Source of the DNA: Felis catus
Taxonomy: Eukaryota
DNA length: 64,000 bases
Direction of reading: 5' to 3'
Assembly (NCBI RefSeq): GCF_018350175.1
Contig: NC_058368.1
Location: forward strand, 233,990,001 to 234,054,000
The notes beneath the pieces were generated by a model that worked only from the letters and a program-made list of their open reading frames with translations, did not search any database and was not told the origin of the DNA. The number at the start of each line of letters is the position of its first letter. The first letter of the stretch is position 1. This document shows, one piece after another, positions 12,281 through 23,565 of the stretch. Both the position numbers and the translations under genes were made by a program.

Positions 12281-12640
12281 ACCTTTCGAAGTCCTTTGAG
12301 AGACCCCCTCCAAAATTTAAACCATGGGTGCGTTGACATAAAAAAAGAAGATTGAAGGAGAATTCACCAGAGATGGGAAACATTAATCACGGCTCTCTCT
12401 GGGTTATCATGTCATAATCGATTTCTGTGCTCCTTTGATCCTAATGGTCTACCATGAACACGCATTGATTTTTTTCACGAGGAGGAAATAAAATCCAAAC
12501 TACTGGTGTTAGTTTTCACACATTACAAGGTTTCTCTCTGTCTTTTCCGGGTCAGCCATGGAATCCATTTTAATGTGACAGAGTTAGGAGTCAGCCAGGT
12601 GAGTTGTGTTTTCAATGATGGTTAAGAGGAAAGGTGGGAG

Positions 12641-12742
12641 GGGGCACCTGGCTGACTCAGTAGAGCACGTGGCTCTTGATGTCAGAGTTGTGAGGTCGAG
12701 CCCTGTGTTGGGCATAGAGATTGCTTAAAAAAAAAAAAAAAA
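12641..12742 (+). mobile_element. Short old tRNA-derived Can-SINE
   Basis: ggggcacctggctgactcagtagagcac...poly(A); diverged TSD aagaggaaaggtggga/aagagggaaggtgtga. Confidence 0.85.
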
Positions 12743-12785
12743 GAGGGAAGGTGTGAACTCACTAGGACAGTTTTATATGGCACCG

Positions 12786-12801
12786 TGGTGCCCTCTGGTG
12801 A
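12786..12801 (-). promoter_or_regulatory. CTCF-like motif
   Basis: Reverse complement TCACCAGAGGGCACCA versus core CCASYAGRKGGCRS (one mismatch). Confidence 0.35.
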
Positions 12802-12836
12802 TAATTCTGGTGTTCTTTAGTTCATCTGCACAGTTT

Positions 12837-12960
12837 TTCATTCATTCATTCACTCACTCACTCATTCACAAAAAGCTGTTGATTGGTTACCTCTGCTGTG
12901 AACTCTGTGTAGCACTGAGTTGAGCGAACAGGTGCCCCTCGCCCCAGGGAGCCAATGCAA
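12837..12960 (-). mobile_element. L2 3' terminus with (TTCA)n
   Basis: ttcattcattcattcactcactcactcattcac followed by antisense L2 end. Confidence 0.55.
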
Positions 12961-15393
12961 GGGGAGATTCAAGACCACCGCACACGAGTCCTAAGAACAC
13001 CTGGCAGGGCCACTGAATGCATTCGGGGAAGATCGGAACACAGATGAGGTCATTTTGAGCACCATGGGGCTTTCAGTGTGGGAGGAAGGATACACCTCAC
13101 CTGCAAGAAACCACTAGAAAATACACACAACATGGGGAAGAGAAATTTATAGAGGAGAAAAATAAATAAATAAAAAGGAAAGAAGTGGCCAGTGTAGGGT
13201 GAAATCAGTCAGGAAAATCTTCTCAGAGGTAAGTCACTGCTTCCTCCAAGGAAATACATGTGACATTGGACAGTGGTTTAGGGGAGTAGGATGATGGCCT
13301 GTGAGGGTCTTAGATCCAGGGATAAACAATGCCCTTCTCTCTGGAAGACATGTGCTGGATCACACTGGTGACCTTTGGCTTACACCCGTGTGTCTGCAGG
13401 AACGCAGTCACCCTCGTCAGCGCCCTGCCCAGCTCTGCCCGTCATTCCTGCTGGTTGACGACATCACCATCATCAGCCATCATCCATCACTGACTATCCA
13501 GATGGTTCAACCACCCTCTCCAGGATCTGTGGCTGTAAAGGTCAGGAATGTCTCCCGGAAATTCCCACCTCCCTGGATCCCCCTGTTCTGTCCCTCATTT
13601 GAGTCTCCTTGGCTCCCAAGGATAACCATTCGTTTTGGATGACCAATTCTTTCGTAAACAAGTGCAGGTCCCTGGGAGCGAGGGCTATCATCTTTATGGT
13701 CACCCACACTCGAAGCAGAGTGTCACAAAACATATAGGGGTGAGTATATTTTGACAGCAAAGCCATACCCAGAAATCCTGAAAATCTGAACAACAGACAC
13801 ACTTAACTAACCTCAAACTTGCTGGACAACCATACGCTCATCCAAAAGGAAACCAAACTGGAAAAAAACCTCTAAAGCCATTGAAGAGAGCTATGCCATG
13901 CTCTAAGATCAGGGCAGTGGGGGAAGTTGGCCCTGCCACCAAGGGGGAGCCCACAGGTGCCTTGTCTCTGAAGCACATGGGACCTAGACCTGCCTCCTTC
14001 CGCCATGAACGATGGTGGATGCTTCCAGAAGGACACAAGATTTGCCTTAATAGAAATGTTTATATCTTGGTAACTGATCTCCTGCAAAAGCCACATGTTA
14101 ATTCCCTATCATGGCATCTATACGAACAACTGCGGCAAACTCAACAGGCGATTCCTACTCAACTGTAGGAATCTCTGGGCCACGGGGGTTCTGTGCCCCT
14201 GGACATGGGAAGTGGCCCATGTGAAGCTGGCAAGTCCTAACTGATGTGTAAGGGAGATGTCTGAGAGGGACGAGGCACCAAGAGGGTGAGTCCTGACACA
14301 GCAAGGGATCATTATACTGGTTTTATGCACAAAACTGCCTCTTTGTGGAACCCCATCGGCCATCTGGAAACTGACTTGCCATCAGCAATTTCCGAGGGAG
14401 TTGGGAGTGAAGGATCTACTAGGGAAGAGTAGGTCTAGGGACCACCCAGCTTCTTATTCCCCTTAGCAGCTTTTGATTATTGTCTTTTCCAGAATTCAAT
14501 TTCCTCCTCTTTAATATACGCAAGAGCTGAACTGTGTTACCCTGCAGCGTCTTAAGGAAAAGGGTAAGTGCGCAGGCGTCCCTGCACAGCCCTTCGTATC
14601 CGACAGGGTTCATTATAACACCGTCATTGTCCTAGTGATGGACACTCAGGACACAAGGGGAGAAAAGAATTCCATTTTATCGATCTACCTGAATTTTGTT
14701 CCATGTATGCTTCCCTTTAAACCTCTTTTTCTTCTGAGTGATGTAACTCTTAACCAATAATGTCGATTATGTGGTTTGTTTCTACCCAACAGATTTCACC
14801 ATGAATCTTGTAAAGCTCATCTGGAAATTGATTCTGGGCAAGGTGTGCGCAAGACAAGCAGATGCTGACATTTTCCTCAAATGGAATTTCTTCACCAAAA
14901 CAAACATTCAGATCACTTTGGGAGGAGATCCGAGAATGGGCCACTTGCAGACGACTGGCAAAAAAACAGTGGGCTGACTGGTTTGTTGTCATTTTTACCA
15001 ACCTGCTCCCCCCACCCCCGCCCAAATCATATCGCATCTCATCAAAACAAATGGCTTCTAATTAGTGCCAAAGCACACGACTAGTAAATATGTGGTATAA
15101 ATTGTAATCTTTGACATTTTCTAGGAAGCGCCTGGTATAAAACAAAGGAAGAATAATGTGACACATTTTATAGCTGTCTTACAAGGAGACCGTTGCTTTT
15201 AGCTGACAGACACAGAAATCCTGACTGATAAGCCATGACCACACTCTGAAAACCTACACAATACCTTTAAAATAAATTCCAAATGTAAATCTGTGTTTCC
15301 CATTCTTAAGTCACAGAGATCAAATATTACTCGTGGGCATGGCTACCTTGATGTCACTCTTACCTTCTGAAATAATGTGTGTCAGCAACAAAC

Positions 15394-15470
15394 TTTTATT
15401 TACTTTGAGAGAGTGAGAGAGAGAGAGAGAGAGAGAGAATGAATGAGGGGCAGAGAGAAAGGGAGACAGG
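15394..15470 (-). mobile_element. 5'-truncated SINEC tail fragment with (GA)n
   Basis: ttttatttactttgagagag...gggcagagagaaagggagacag; no tRNA head follows. Confidence 0.7.
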
Positions 15471-16826
15471 CCCGAAGACCAGCTTCCCTATTTCTCATCT
15501 GGGTGAATCGTGGAGGAGGAGGAGGCTCTCCGGGGGTGGGGGTGGAGTTCAGGCTCACTAAGGTCTGATTTGATAAGTTGTAAATCCCCCGTTTGGAATA
15601 TGAATGGGAAGGGGTGGTCTGGACCTTGGGAGAAGGGAAGGGCCAGAGGAAGGCTTGAGGGTGGCCGAAGTGAAGAAGGGCCCTTATGCCCCGGATGAGG
15701 ACTTGGACGAAGACGAGCCAGCCACCAGCCGGTCTAGGTAACTGTGGTTCTCAGCGGTCCCGCACCTGTGGTGGCATATAAGCTGAGCCTGTCACATCAC
15801 TACACAAAGGCTCTACACGCACTGGAAAGTAAGCGTGCAGGTCTGTGTGTGCGCACGAACCAAGGGAAGGGACAGGAGAGAGGTGAAGTCATTTTACCTG
15901 GTTTTAGCTAAAAAGCCCAGAATAGACCACTCGGTCACAGCCCGTTTTCATCTGATGAACAAATGAAGATTTTAGAGTAATCAACTTCCTTTTTCTCCAC
16001 AACAACCTAGACACGAGGGACAGACAACCACTGGCTGATGGATTTTTCTCCACCTCAGTTACTTGTGCACAACGCCAATTCAGTTACTTGGGAAACCCCT
16101 TGTTTTAGGTTTTTCCCAGCATCAACACCATGCTTTTATAAAGCTACACTGAACGTTATAAAAATGTGATTAAAATGCAGCCCAAGTTAAAAGTGACGGA
16201 CAGAAGAGCTAATTATCAGATGAGCACTTTAAAAATAGGCATTTTCTATCCAAATCAATTCAGAAGACTAAAAATAATAAAAACATTAAGTGAGTAAAGG
16301 ACAGCAGGGATGTTAAATGAATTATTTACCACGATTTTTATCTTGACGTTCTTAATCATTCAGTTCCGCCAAGTTTTAAGATTAAAGATTTGATACACAT
16401 AATATAATACAAACCCACCTAGTCTCCACCCAAATTCTTGTGCTTTAGGCATTTCATGCCTTTATTCCATTTGTTTGGGGAATGATGTCAGGAGCCCCAC
16501 CAAGGCACCTAACCTATTGCAAAGGGCTAGAAATTTGAAGGTGGGGAGAAAGGTTAGGATCTCAGGGAGAAGAAACCTGGGGCTGAGATGAAAATAAGTG
16601 TGCCTGCAGTGATGGCAGGAAATACAGACCTCACCTCATGGTGACAGTGTCTGCAGAAAGCTTTGAAACACCAACATAAATTCATAAATAAACACTGTAA
16701 AGGCCTGAAGCCATAAAACTCCTAGAAGAAAACATAGGCAGTAAGCTCACTGACATAGGTCTTGATGATGATTTTTGTTCATCTGACATTAACAGGAAAA
16801 GCAACAAAAGCAAAAATGAGCACGTG

Positions 16827-17033
16827 GGGGGCACCTGGGTGGCACAGTCGGTTAAGCGTCCGACTTCAGCTCGGGTCATGATCTCACAGTCCGTGAGTTC
16901 GAGCCCTGCGTCGGGCTCTGTGCTGACAGCTCGGAGCCTGGAGCCTGCGTCTGATTCTCTGTTTCCCTTTCTCTCTGCCCCTCTTCTGCTTGCACTCTCT
17001 CTCTCTCTCTCTCTCAAAAATAAACATTAAAAA
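16827..17033 (+). mobile_element. SINEC_Fc-like, nested in L1
   Basis: Full SINE; TSD atgagcacgtg/atgaacacgtg. Confidence 0.93.
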
Positions 17034-17499
17034 GACATGAACACGTGGGATTACACCAAACTAAGAGGTTTCTGCACAGCAAAAGAAGCCATCAACAAAA
17101 TTAAAGGGCAACCTACTGAACAGGAGAAAATACTTGCAAATCATACATCTAATAAAGAACTCCTATAACTCAAATAGCCAAAAAAACAAGCAATCTGATT
17201 AAAGAACGGGCAGATCTGAAAAGACTTTTTTCTTTAGAAGACGTACATTTGGCCAACTGAGTACATGAAAAGATGCTCCACATCACTAATCAACAGGGAA
17301 ATGCAAATCAAAACCACAATGATTTATCTCCTCATACCTATTGGAATGGCTATTATCTAAAAGACAGGAAATAACAAGTGTTGGCAAGGATGAGGAGAAA
17401 AAGGAACCCCCCTACATGGTGGCTGGTAATGTAAATTGGTGCAGCCACTATGGAAAACAATATAGAAGTTCCTCAAAAAAAAAAAAAATACAACTATCA

Positions 17500-17692
17500 G
17501 GGCACCTGGGTGGCTCAGTCCATTGAATGTCTGACTCTTGATTTCATCTTGATCTGTGTTGGGATCTCTGCTGGGCATGAAACCTGCTTAAGTCTGTCTC
17601 TCTCTGTCTCTCTCTCTCTCTCTCTCTAAAAAAAAAAAAAAAAAAGAAAAAAAAGAAAAGAAAAGAGAAGAAAAGAAAAGAGAAAAGAAAAG
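17500..17692 (+). mobile_element. Internally shortened older SINEC with A/(GAAAA)n tail, nested in L1
   Basis: gggcacctgggtggctcagtc head; TSD aactatca on both sides. Confidence 0.88.
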
Positions 17693-18397
17693 AACTATCA
17701 TACGATCCAGAAATTCCAAGTCTGGGTATTTATCCAAGGGAAGGGAAAGCACTAACTCAAAATAACCTATTAATATCCATGTTCACTTCATTGCAGCATT
17801 GTTTATAGTGGCCAAGATATGGAAACAACCTAAGTGTCCATTGATGGGTGAATGGATAAAGAAGGTGTGGTATATGAATGGAATGGAATATTATTTGGCC
17901 ATTAAAAAGAATGGAAATCCTCCCGTTTGTGACAACATGGATGGATGGCAAGGTCTTTATGCTAAGTGAAATAAGTCAGAAAAAGGCAAAGACTGTATGA
18001 TCTCTCTTATCTTACACGTGGAATCTAAAAAATTATCGGGGGGGGAAGCTTATAGATACAGGGAACAGATGAGTGGTTGCCAGAGGTGATGATGGCAGTG
18101 GTGGTAGGGGATGGAGGGGAGAAATGAGTGAAGGGGGTCAAAAGGTAAAAAGAAGAAGGAAAATAATAAAATAAATAAACACTCTACACTCAGACCAATC
18201 TGAGGTTTGAGGATCTATAGCTGTCCTTGGCACTGAGATCAGAAAGAGGTTGTGCATAGGATACTGACACATCAGCAAAGCCCTTCACGACCGTCCTGGG
18301 CTGCTCCACGGTGGGCACCACAGTGGGGGTCTGGCTGGTTCTCACGAAGGTGTCAGGACGGGCTGATTGCCCAGTGCCGTTCACTGGGAGCAATGCT

Positions 18398-18875
18398 GCA
18401 TGTGCGTGTGTGTGTGTGCGTGTGTGCATATATGTGATGCATATGGTGCACATGTCTGAAGGTGTGTGATATGTGAATGCCTGTGTATGAGTGTGATTGT
18501 ATGCATGTGGGTGGGTGTACAAATGTGTACACGTATACGTGCGCATGCACGCATATAAATGTGTGGGAGTGTGTGTGGACTTGTGAGTTTGCATAGGTGT
18601 GAGATCGTGGGTCGTATGAATGTGTGTGTGTGCAGGTTTGACTGGATATCTGAGTGTAGACATGTGTGTGGGTGTATACGGATTGCACGTGAGTGTGGAT
18701 ATGTGTGTATGGATGTGTGAACACGTGGGTGTGGGTACACAGCGTGGTCACACGTATGTGGTGGGTGTGCACGTGTGCACACGTAAGTGCTTATATGGGT
18801 GCAAATGTAATTCACACACATGACTGTGTGAATACGCATGTGCGTGTGTGAACGTGAGTGTGTGAACGTGCACGC
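18398..18875. repeat. Degenerate (TG)n/(CA)n alternating purine-pyrimidine tract
   Basis: About 480 bp of tgtg/tgca/tatg/cgtg motifs. Confidence 0.9.
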
Positions 18876-20737
18876 TGAGAGCAAAACCTGACCTAGTGGG
18901 CGTTACCTAGCTCTCTGCTGATCTGCCTTGATCTCAGGCTTTATTTCTGAGTGTCCTGGTCTGTATGTCATTTAACCGCATTTCTTGGAATACTATTTTT
19001 TTTCCAGTTGAGGTTCGGATGAATGTTGAACGGAAAGAGATGAAAATCTTGTTCCATCCACGTGCAGACAGTGGGTGTCCTGAGCCCAGCCCTGCACACA
19101 CCGCCTGGATGCAAGAACACACCGCTGGTGCACAGTCAACACCCGCGAGGCTCAGAATTTCACTGTGAATCGGCTTCATTGCATGTGCTGGAGAACGACC
19201 GGGCTCCACACGCTGGGCACCACCCCCAGCTTTGCGGACGTGGTTTTGGCTGGGGGAGGGGGAGGGGAGGCTTCACCAGGTGCCCACCCCGGGGAACAGA
19301 CAACCTCGCTGAAGCCTCCCAGGACCAGCGTTGAGCATCCGCTTCCCCATAAAGCTACTGTGTTAACTTCTTTGGGGACGCACCTGAAATACACAAACGA
19401 AGTGCTTTGCCCCACCGTTACCCTTGGAGGGGTTCCAAACTACAGAAGCAGATACAAAATAGGGCATGTTGACTTGGAAAAGGTTGCTCTGAAGTCCTTC
19501 CTGGCAACAGTAAGATACCAGCAAGGGTGTTCTCTTACAGCAATCTCCTGAACATTCCAGAAGGACCTTGTTAAACCCTTCTATTTTTACTTTTGTCCGT
19601 TCTCAGATACAGAATAACCTAAAGAGGGTTTTTAGTGAAACAGAATGATGAAGAGGAAAAGCGTGGGGCTGGGCATATTTCGTTTTTGGTTTTTGCTTTC
19701 TTGTCTATTAATCGTGCTCTCTGCCGACTCATTTGTCTCATCTCAGCTTTATGGTTTTCATAAGCACAGAGGGGACAGGAATGTCCTCCTTGGTCCATCT
19801 GCATGGATGTTGTCGAGGTAACACGGCAGCACTTACACGGAGAAGAAAACACAGGACAAGTGAAACTGTGGACACTGCCTGTCTCTGAATGCAGTGCTTT
19901 CTTGTAGGTTATATAGTGACACCCTTGGGCTTTTAAAATGGGGTGTGTTTAGGACCCCTGGAAGAAATCTGCATTAAGGGACCTGTTGCAGAAATGCTGG
20001 CCCTCCATCCAAGCTTCATTATGTGTCTCCGACATCACCTTCGGCAATTCTAGTGATTTATGGGTAAGGAAGGTTAATGGTGGGCAATTTTCGGTGACCA
20101 CAGGGTATCGTGAAATGCAATTTCTGTGAATTCAGACTGACCATGGGAGGCAACACAAATTTGTGCTGATTTGTTCAAAGGCATATTTTGAGGGATTTGA
20201 AACTTCAGCCTGAGTTGTGCTGCACTCTTTGAAGAGTGTATGTGCTCACACGTTTGTATTTAACAGCAGTTCACAAAATGAATTTTCAAAGAACTGAGGG
20301 TGCGGGACGATCTCAGGGCCACAGGATTTAGGGAGTCTGTTTCTGCAGGAAGCAGGGACGTTTCCTGAGTCTCTTTGTCCTCCTCCAGAGCAGCGGGAAG
20401 GGTTTGATTGTTTACAGGTGAGCTAATTCTTGGTGGGGACTACTTTAGGTAAAGTGAGGGCTTTCATAGTGAGAACTTTGGCAAATGATGCTTGAGGAGT
20501 GAAACAGATTTTTAAGCAAGTCATATGGCCATTATTTCATTTGAAATGGTTGTATGACAATTCCGAAAAGATACCTATGGCCAAGAGAGGGGCAAGTGGG
20601 AGCAAATGACAACCGCAGAAGGCAAACTTGAACTTCACAATGCGGTACAATATCTTGTTCCAGATTAATACAGAAAGCAGGTATGAATAGGTGACGTTTC
20701 TAGTTCCGCATGCATGACTGTTTTGTTTTGTTATTCT

Positions 20738-21125
20738 TGTTAGAAAAGAAACAACAAAGGCAAAATTGGAGAAATTTGCCGCCCACGAGAGCAAACCAAG
20801 ATTTAATGACAATCTATCCCTGGGACGTGACCTCGTAACAGTCAGTCTAAAATTTTCTGATTGGCATTACTGAGGTCCCCTGCAGGAGAAAAGCCTTGCT
20901 GTTTCCTTCTGCCTGAAGGTAGATGTCCTGGCCTGAAACAATGCTTCTTCTCCTTTGCCAACACCTTGCTGCCCTACCCTGCTTCCTACAAACACTTCCC
21001 TCCACTTTGCACAGCTCAGAGCGTCTCTCTACTCACTACACGGGTCACTGTTCGTTCATGAAATACTTCGTAAAGCCAGCGCGATCTTCACATTTGTGCA
21101 GTTCTTTGAATTTTGTTTTTGAACA
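20738..21125 (+). mobile_element. ERV1-class solo LTR (MER34-like)
   Basis: TGTT...AACA termini; exact 4-bp TSD ttct at 20734-20737 and 21126-21129; 3' end gaattttgtttttgaaca. Confidence 0.8.
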
Positions 21126-21372
21126 TTCTCTTTCCTTTTAATATGTATTCACTTAGAGAGAAGGCAAAGACACGCACCACCGAGACAAAGAAGATGACAA
21201 CCATTGGCACGAATGTCAGATACAAGTCACGGCAGTAAAATGCGTCAACGCCCAGGGTTTTCCTGCTCACCTAAGGTCCACTCGAAAATACTTAAACCAA
21301 AACTTCGTAGAGGGGGCAGGGTGAAGGAATCTGTATTTTTCAAAAGGAGGTTCTTACGATGAGTGGATGTTA

Positions 21373-21602
21373 ATTTTTTTAATGTTTATTTTTGAGAGAG
21401 AGAGAGACAGAGCGTGAGCAGGGTGAGGGGGGCGGGGGGCGAGTTTATTTTTGAGACAGAGAGGCAGACACAGAATCTGAAACAGGCTCCAGGCTCTGAG
21501 CTGTCAGCACAGAGCCTGAAGCAGGGCTCAAACTCACAAACCGGGAGATCATGACCTGGGCCAAAGTCAGACACTTAACTGACTGAGCCACCCAGGCGCC
21601 CC
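21373..21602 (-). mobile_element. SINEC (Fc2-like) with internal duplication of the tail junction
   Basis: Antisense SINE ending gagccacccaggcgcccc; gtttatttttgaga occurs twice. Confidence 0.92.
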
Positions 21603-21629
21603 TCCATTAGTAGATTTTTAAAATGACCA

Positions 21630-21836
21630 GGGCGCCTGGGTGGCTCAGTCAGTTAAGTGTCTGACTTTAGCTCAGGTCACGATCTCATGGTCTGTGAGTT
21701 CAAGACCCGCGACAAGCTCTGTGCTGACAGCTCAGAGCCTGGAGCCTGCTTCGGATTCTGTGTCCTCCTCTCTCTGCCCCTCCCCCACTCACACTCTGTG
21801 TCTGTCTTTAAACATAAACAATAAAAAATAAATGAT
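21630..21836 (+). mobile_element. SINEC (Fc2-like)
   Basis: gggcgcctgggtggctcagtcagttaag head; TSD aaaatgacc. Confidence 0.93.
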
Positions 21837-22410
21837 AAAAATGACCTCACAAACCTCTCCAGGAGCCTGGTGCTTAATCACCTCGGACTCACTGTCGCCC
21901 CAGGCAGTCTGATGGTGCTGGTCTCTCAACAGCCACCTCCCAACACAGAGCACAGAGCTCGTCCTCCACCTCTGTGCATCTCAGTGGCTTCGTCCATATA
22001 AAGTAGGGGCACGTGCATGTCTTGCAGGGATTTGGGGAGGAACTGATGGGCCGCCTGGATGTGCAAACGCCTTGCCTAGGACATAGGATGAAAAATGTGC
22101 GCTGTTTTGCCCCCAGCCAGGAAAAAGAAACCAACATCAATCGTGAGGCGTATGTACGGGCTGTCTGTCCGTGCTATTTTAGTTCTTCTGAGCTCTACAA
22201 ATAAACGTTTGTTTCCCTTCCTTCCTGGAGTGAGACCTTTACCTATTTTTCCCTGATTCCAACCAATATGCAAAGGTTACTTTGTTTTACCGAATGTCTT
22301 CCTATATGATCCAACCCTTTTGTGTCTGAACACTTAAGACCATTAAATAAAACATATGTTTGGATCCAAGCTACTCAAGTGTCTTGACGTCGGTAGCGCT
22401 GCTGCAGTGC

Positions 22411-23042
22411 TGCTGATTCCATTCTAGAAGGTGTCCCATGCTGAGGCCGGGGGGTGGGGCCAGCTCTCGGGCCTGAGACCTCATCTTGCGGAGCCAGGGG
22501 CCGGGTTCTTGACGTCTCCGCGAGAAGGAATTCAAGGACCAGAGTCAAGTAGAGCAGAAGCAGCTTTATTGCAAAGCGCCAAGTGCACTGGAGGAACAGA
22601 GCGGCCGCCCTGACCGAAAGGATCGGCGTCTCGCAGGGTGGATGGGGGGGCTCGGGTTCTCAGGGGTGGTTATAATTCGGCATTTCTAGGAACAGGCAGG
22701 GGTTTCCAGGAACTTTGCGTGTCATTGGCATGCTCCGTAGCAGCCACTGTACGCAGGCGCAGTCTGATTTTTCTGGCAAAAACTCCAAATATACTCTAAA
22801 TATACGACTGTCCCTCTAGCGCCCCTACCGGAGGGGTCATTCTCGGTCATTTGCAAGCTAACTGGGTGCGTGTGCGCATGCGTGCCGTGGGCTTGTGCGC
22901 CAAGAGGATGCTTGTGGCCTGAGAAACCGCAGGGGTGTCACAGGGTTTGCTTAATGGCCACAAACTCTGTCGTGTGTCTGAGTCAGCTCTCCGTTTTATG
23001 TTCCTGCAATTACCCAGCAGTTTCCCTATTCTACCTGCCTCA
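22411..23042 (-). mobile_element. CpG-rich ERV1-class solo LTR
   Basis: Minus strand begins TGAGGCAGGTAG and ends ...CAGCA; exact 4-bp TSD gtgc at 22407-22410 and 23043-23046; minus-strand AATAAA at 22565-22570 and TATAA near 22669. Confidence 0.85.
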
Positions 23043-23347
23043 GTGCCGACTTTCTAATAGTCTGCAATCAAATGCTTTAAAATAAAATGCTGGGTCAGGA
23101 AAACCCCCAGGAGGCTTGCAGCCTCTGCTACGTTCTTTCAGCTGACTTCCCTCAGTACCTGCCAAGATGGAAATTCGCTTGTCTTCTGGGCCTGCTTTCT
23201 TCATATCTCATTAGGATTCTACGATGTTGCAAAAAAAAACCACTGCAGGACAATCAGATATGTGGCCAGTGGACTGCTCCAAAAGCCACATTATTCTGAC
23301 TCACTTGCTCTCTTTCTTTCAAATCACCAAGCCAATAAAATGTATTC

Positions 23348-23565
23348 TTTTTTTTTTTTAAAATGTTTTTTTATTTATTATGAGAGAGAGGGTTAGAGAA
23401 TGAGCAGGGGAGAGACAGAGAGAGAGGGAGATAGAGAATTGCAAGCAGGCTCTGCACTGTCATCACGGAGCCCGACATGGGGCTCGAACCCATGAACCAT
23501 GAGATCATGGCCTGAGCTGAAATCAAGAGCCGGATGCTTAACAGACTGAGCTACCCGGGTGACAC
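23348..23565 (-). mobile_element. SINEC
   Basis: T-tail, (GA)n, gaaatcaagagccggatgcttaacagactgagc. Confidence 0.9.

Larger units (their letters stand above)
16670..18180 (+). mobile_element. 5'-truncated L1 (ORF2 C-terminus and 3'UTR; L1MA/L1_Carn-like)
   Basis: aaaactcctagaagaaaacatagg, gaaatgcaaatcaaaaccacaatga, tgcagccactatggaaaac, gctaagtgaaataagtcaga, A-rich tail at about 18160-18180. Confidence 0.92.

Noticed and set aside
13933..13950. CTCF-like ccaccaagggggagc (and a similar one near 22812-22832)
   Set aside because: Spacing or core positions do not fit the CTCF consensus
18190..18884. Long His/Thr-rich and Cys/Val-rich ORFs
   Set aside because: Artefacts of the (CA/TG)n low-complexity tract
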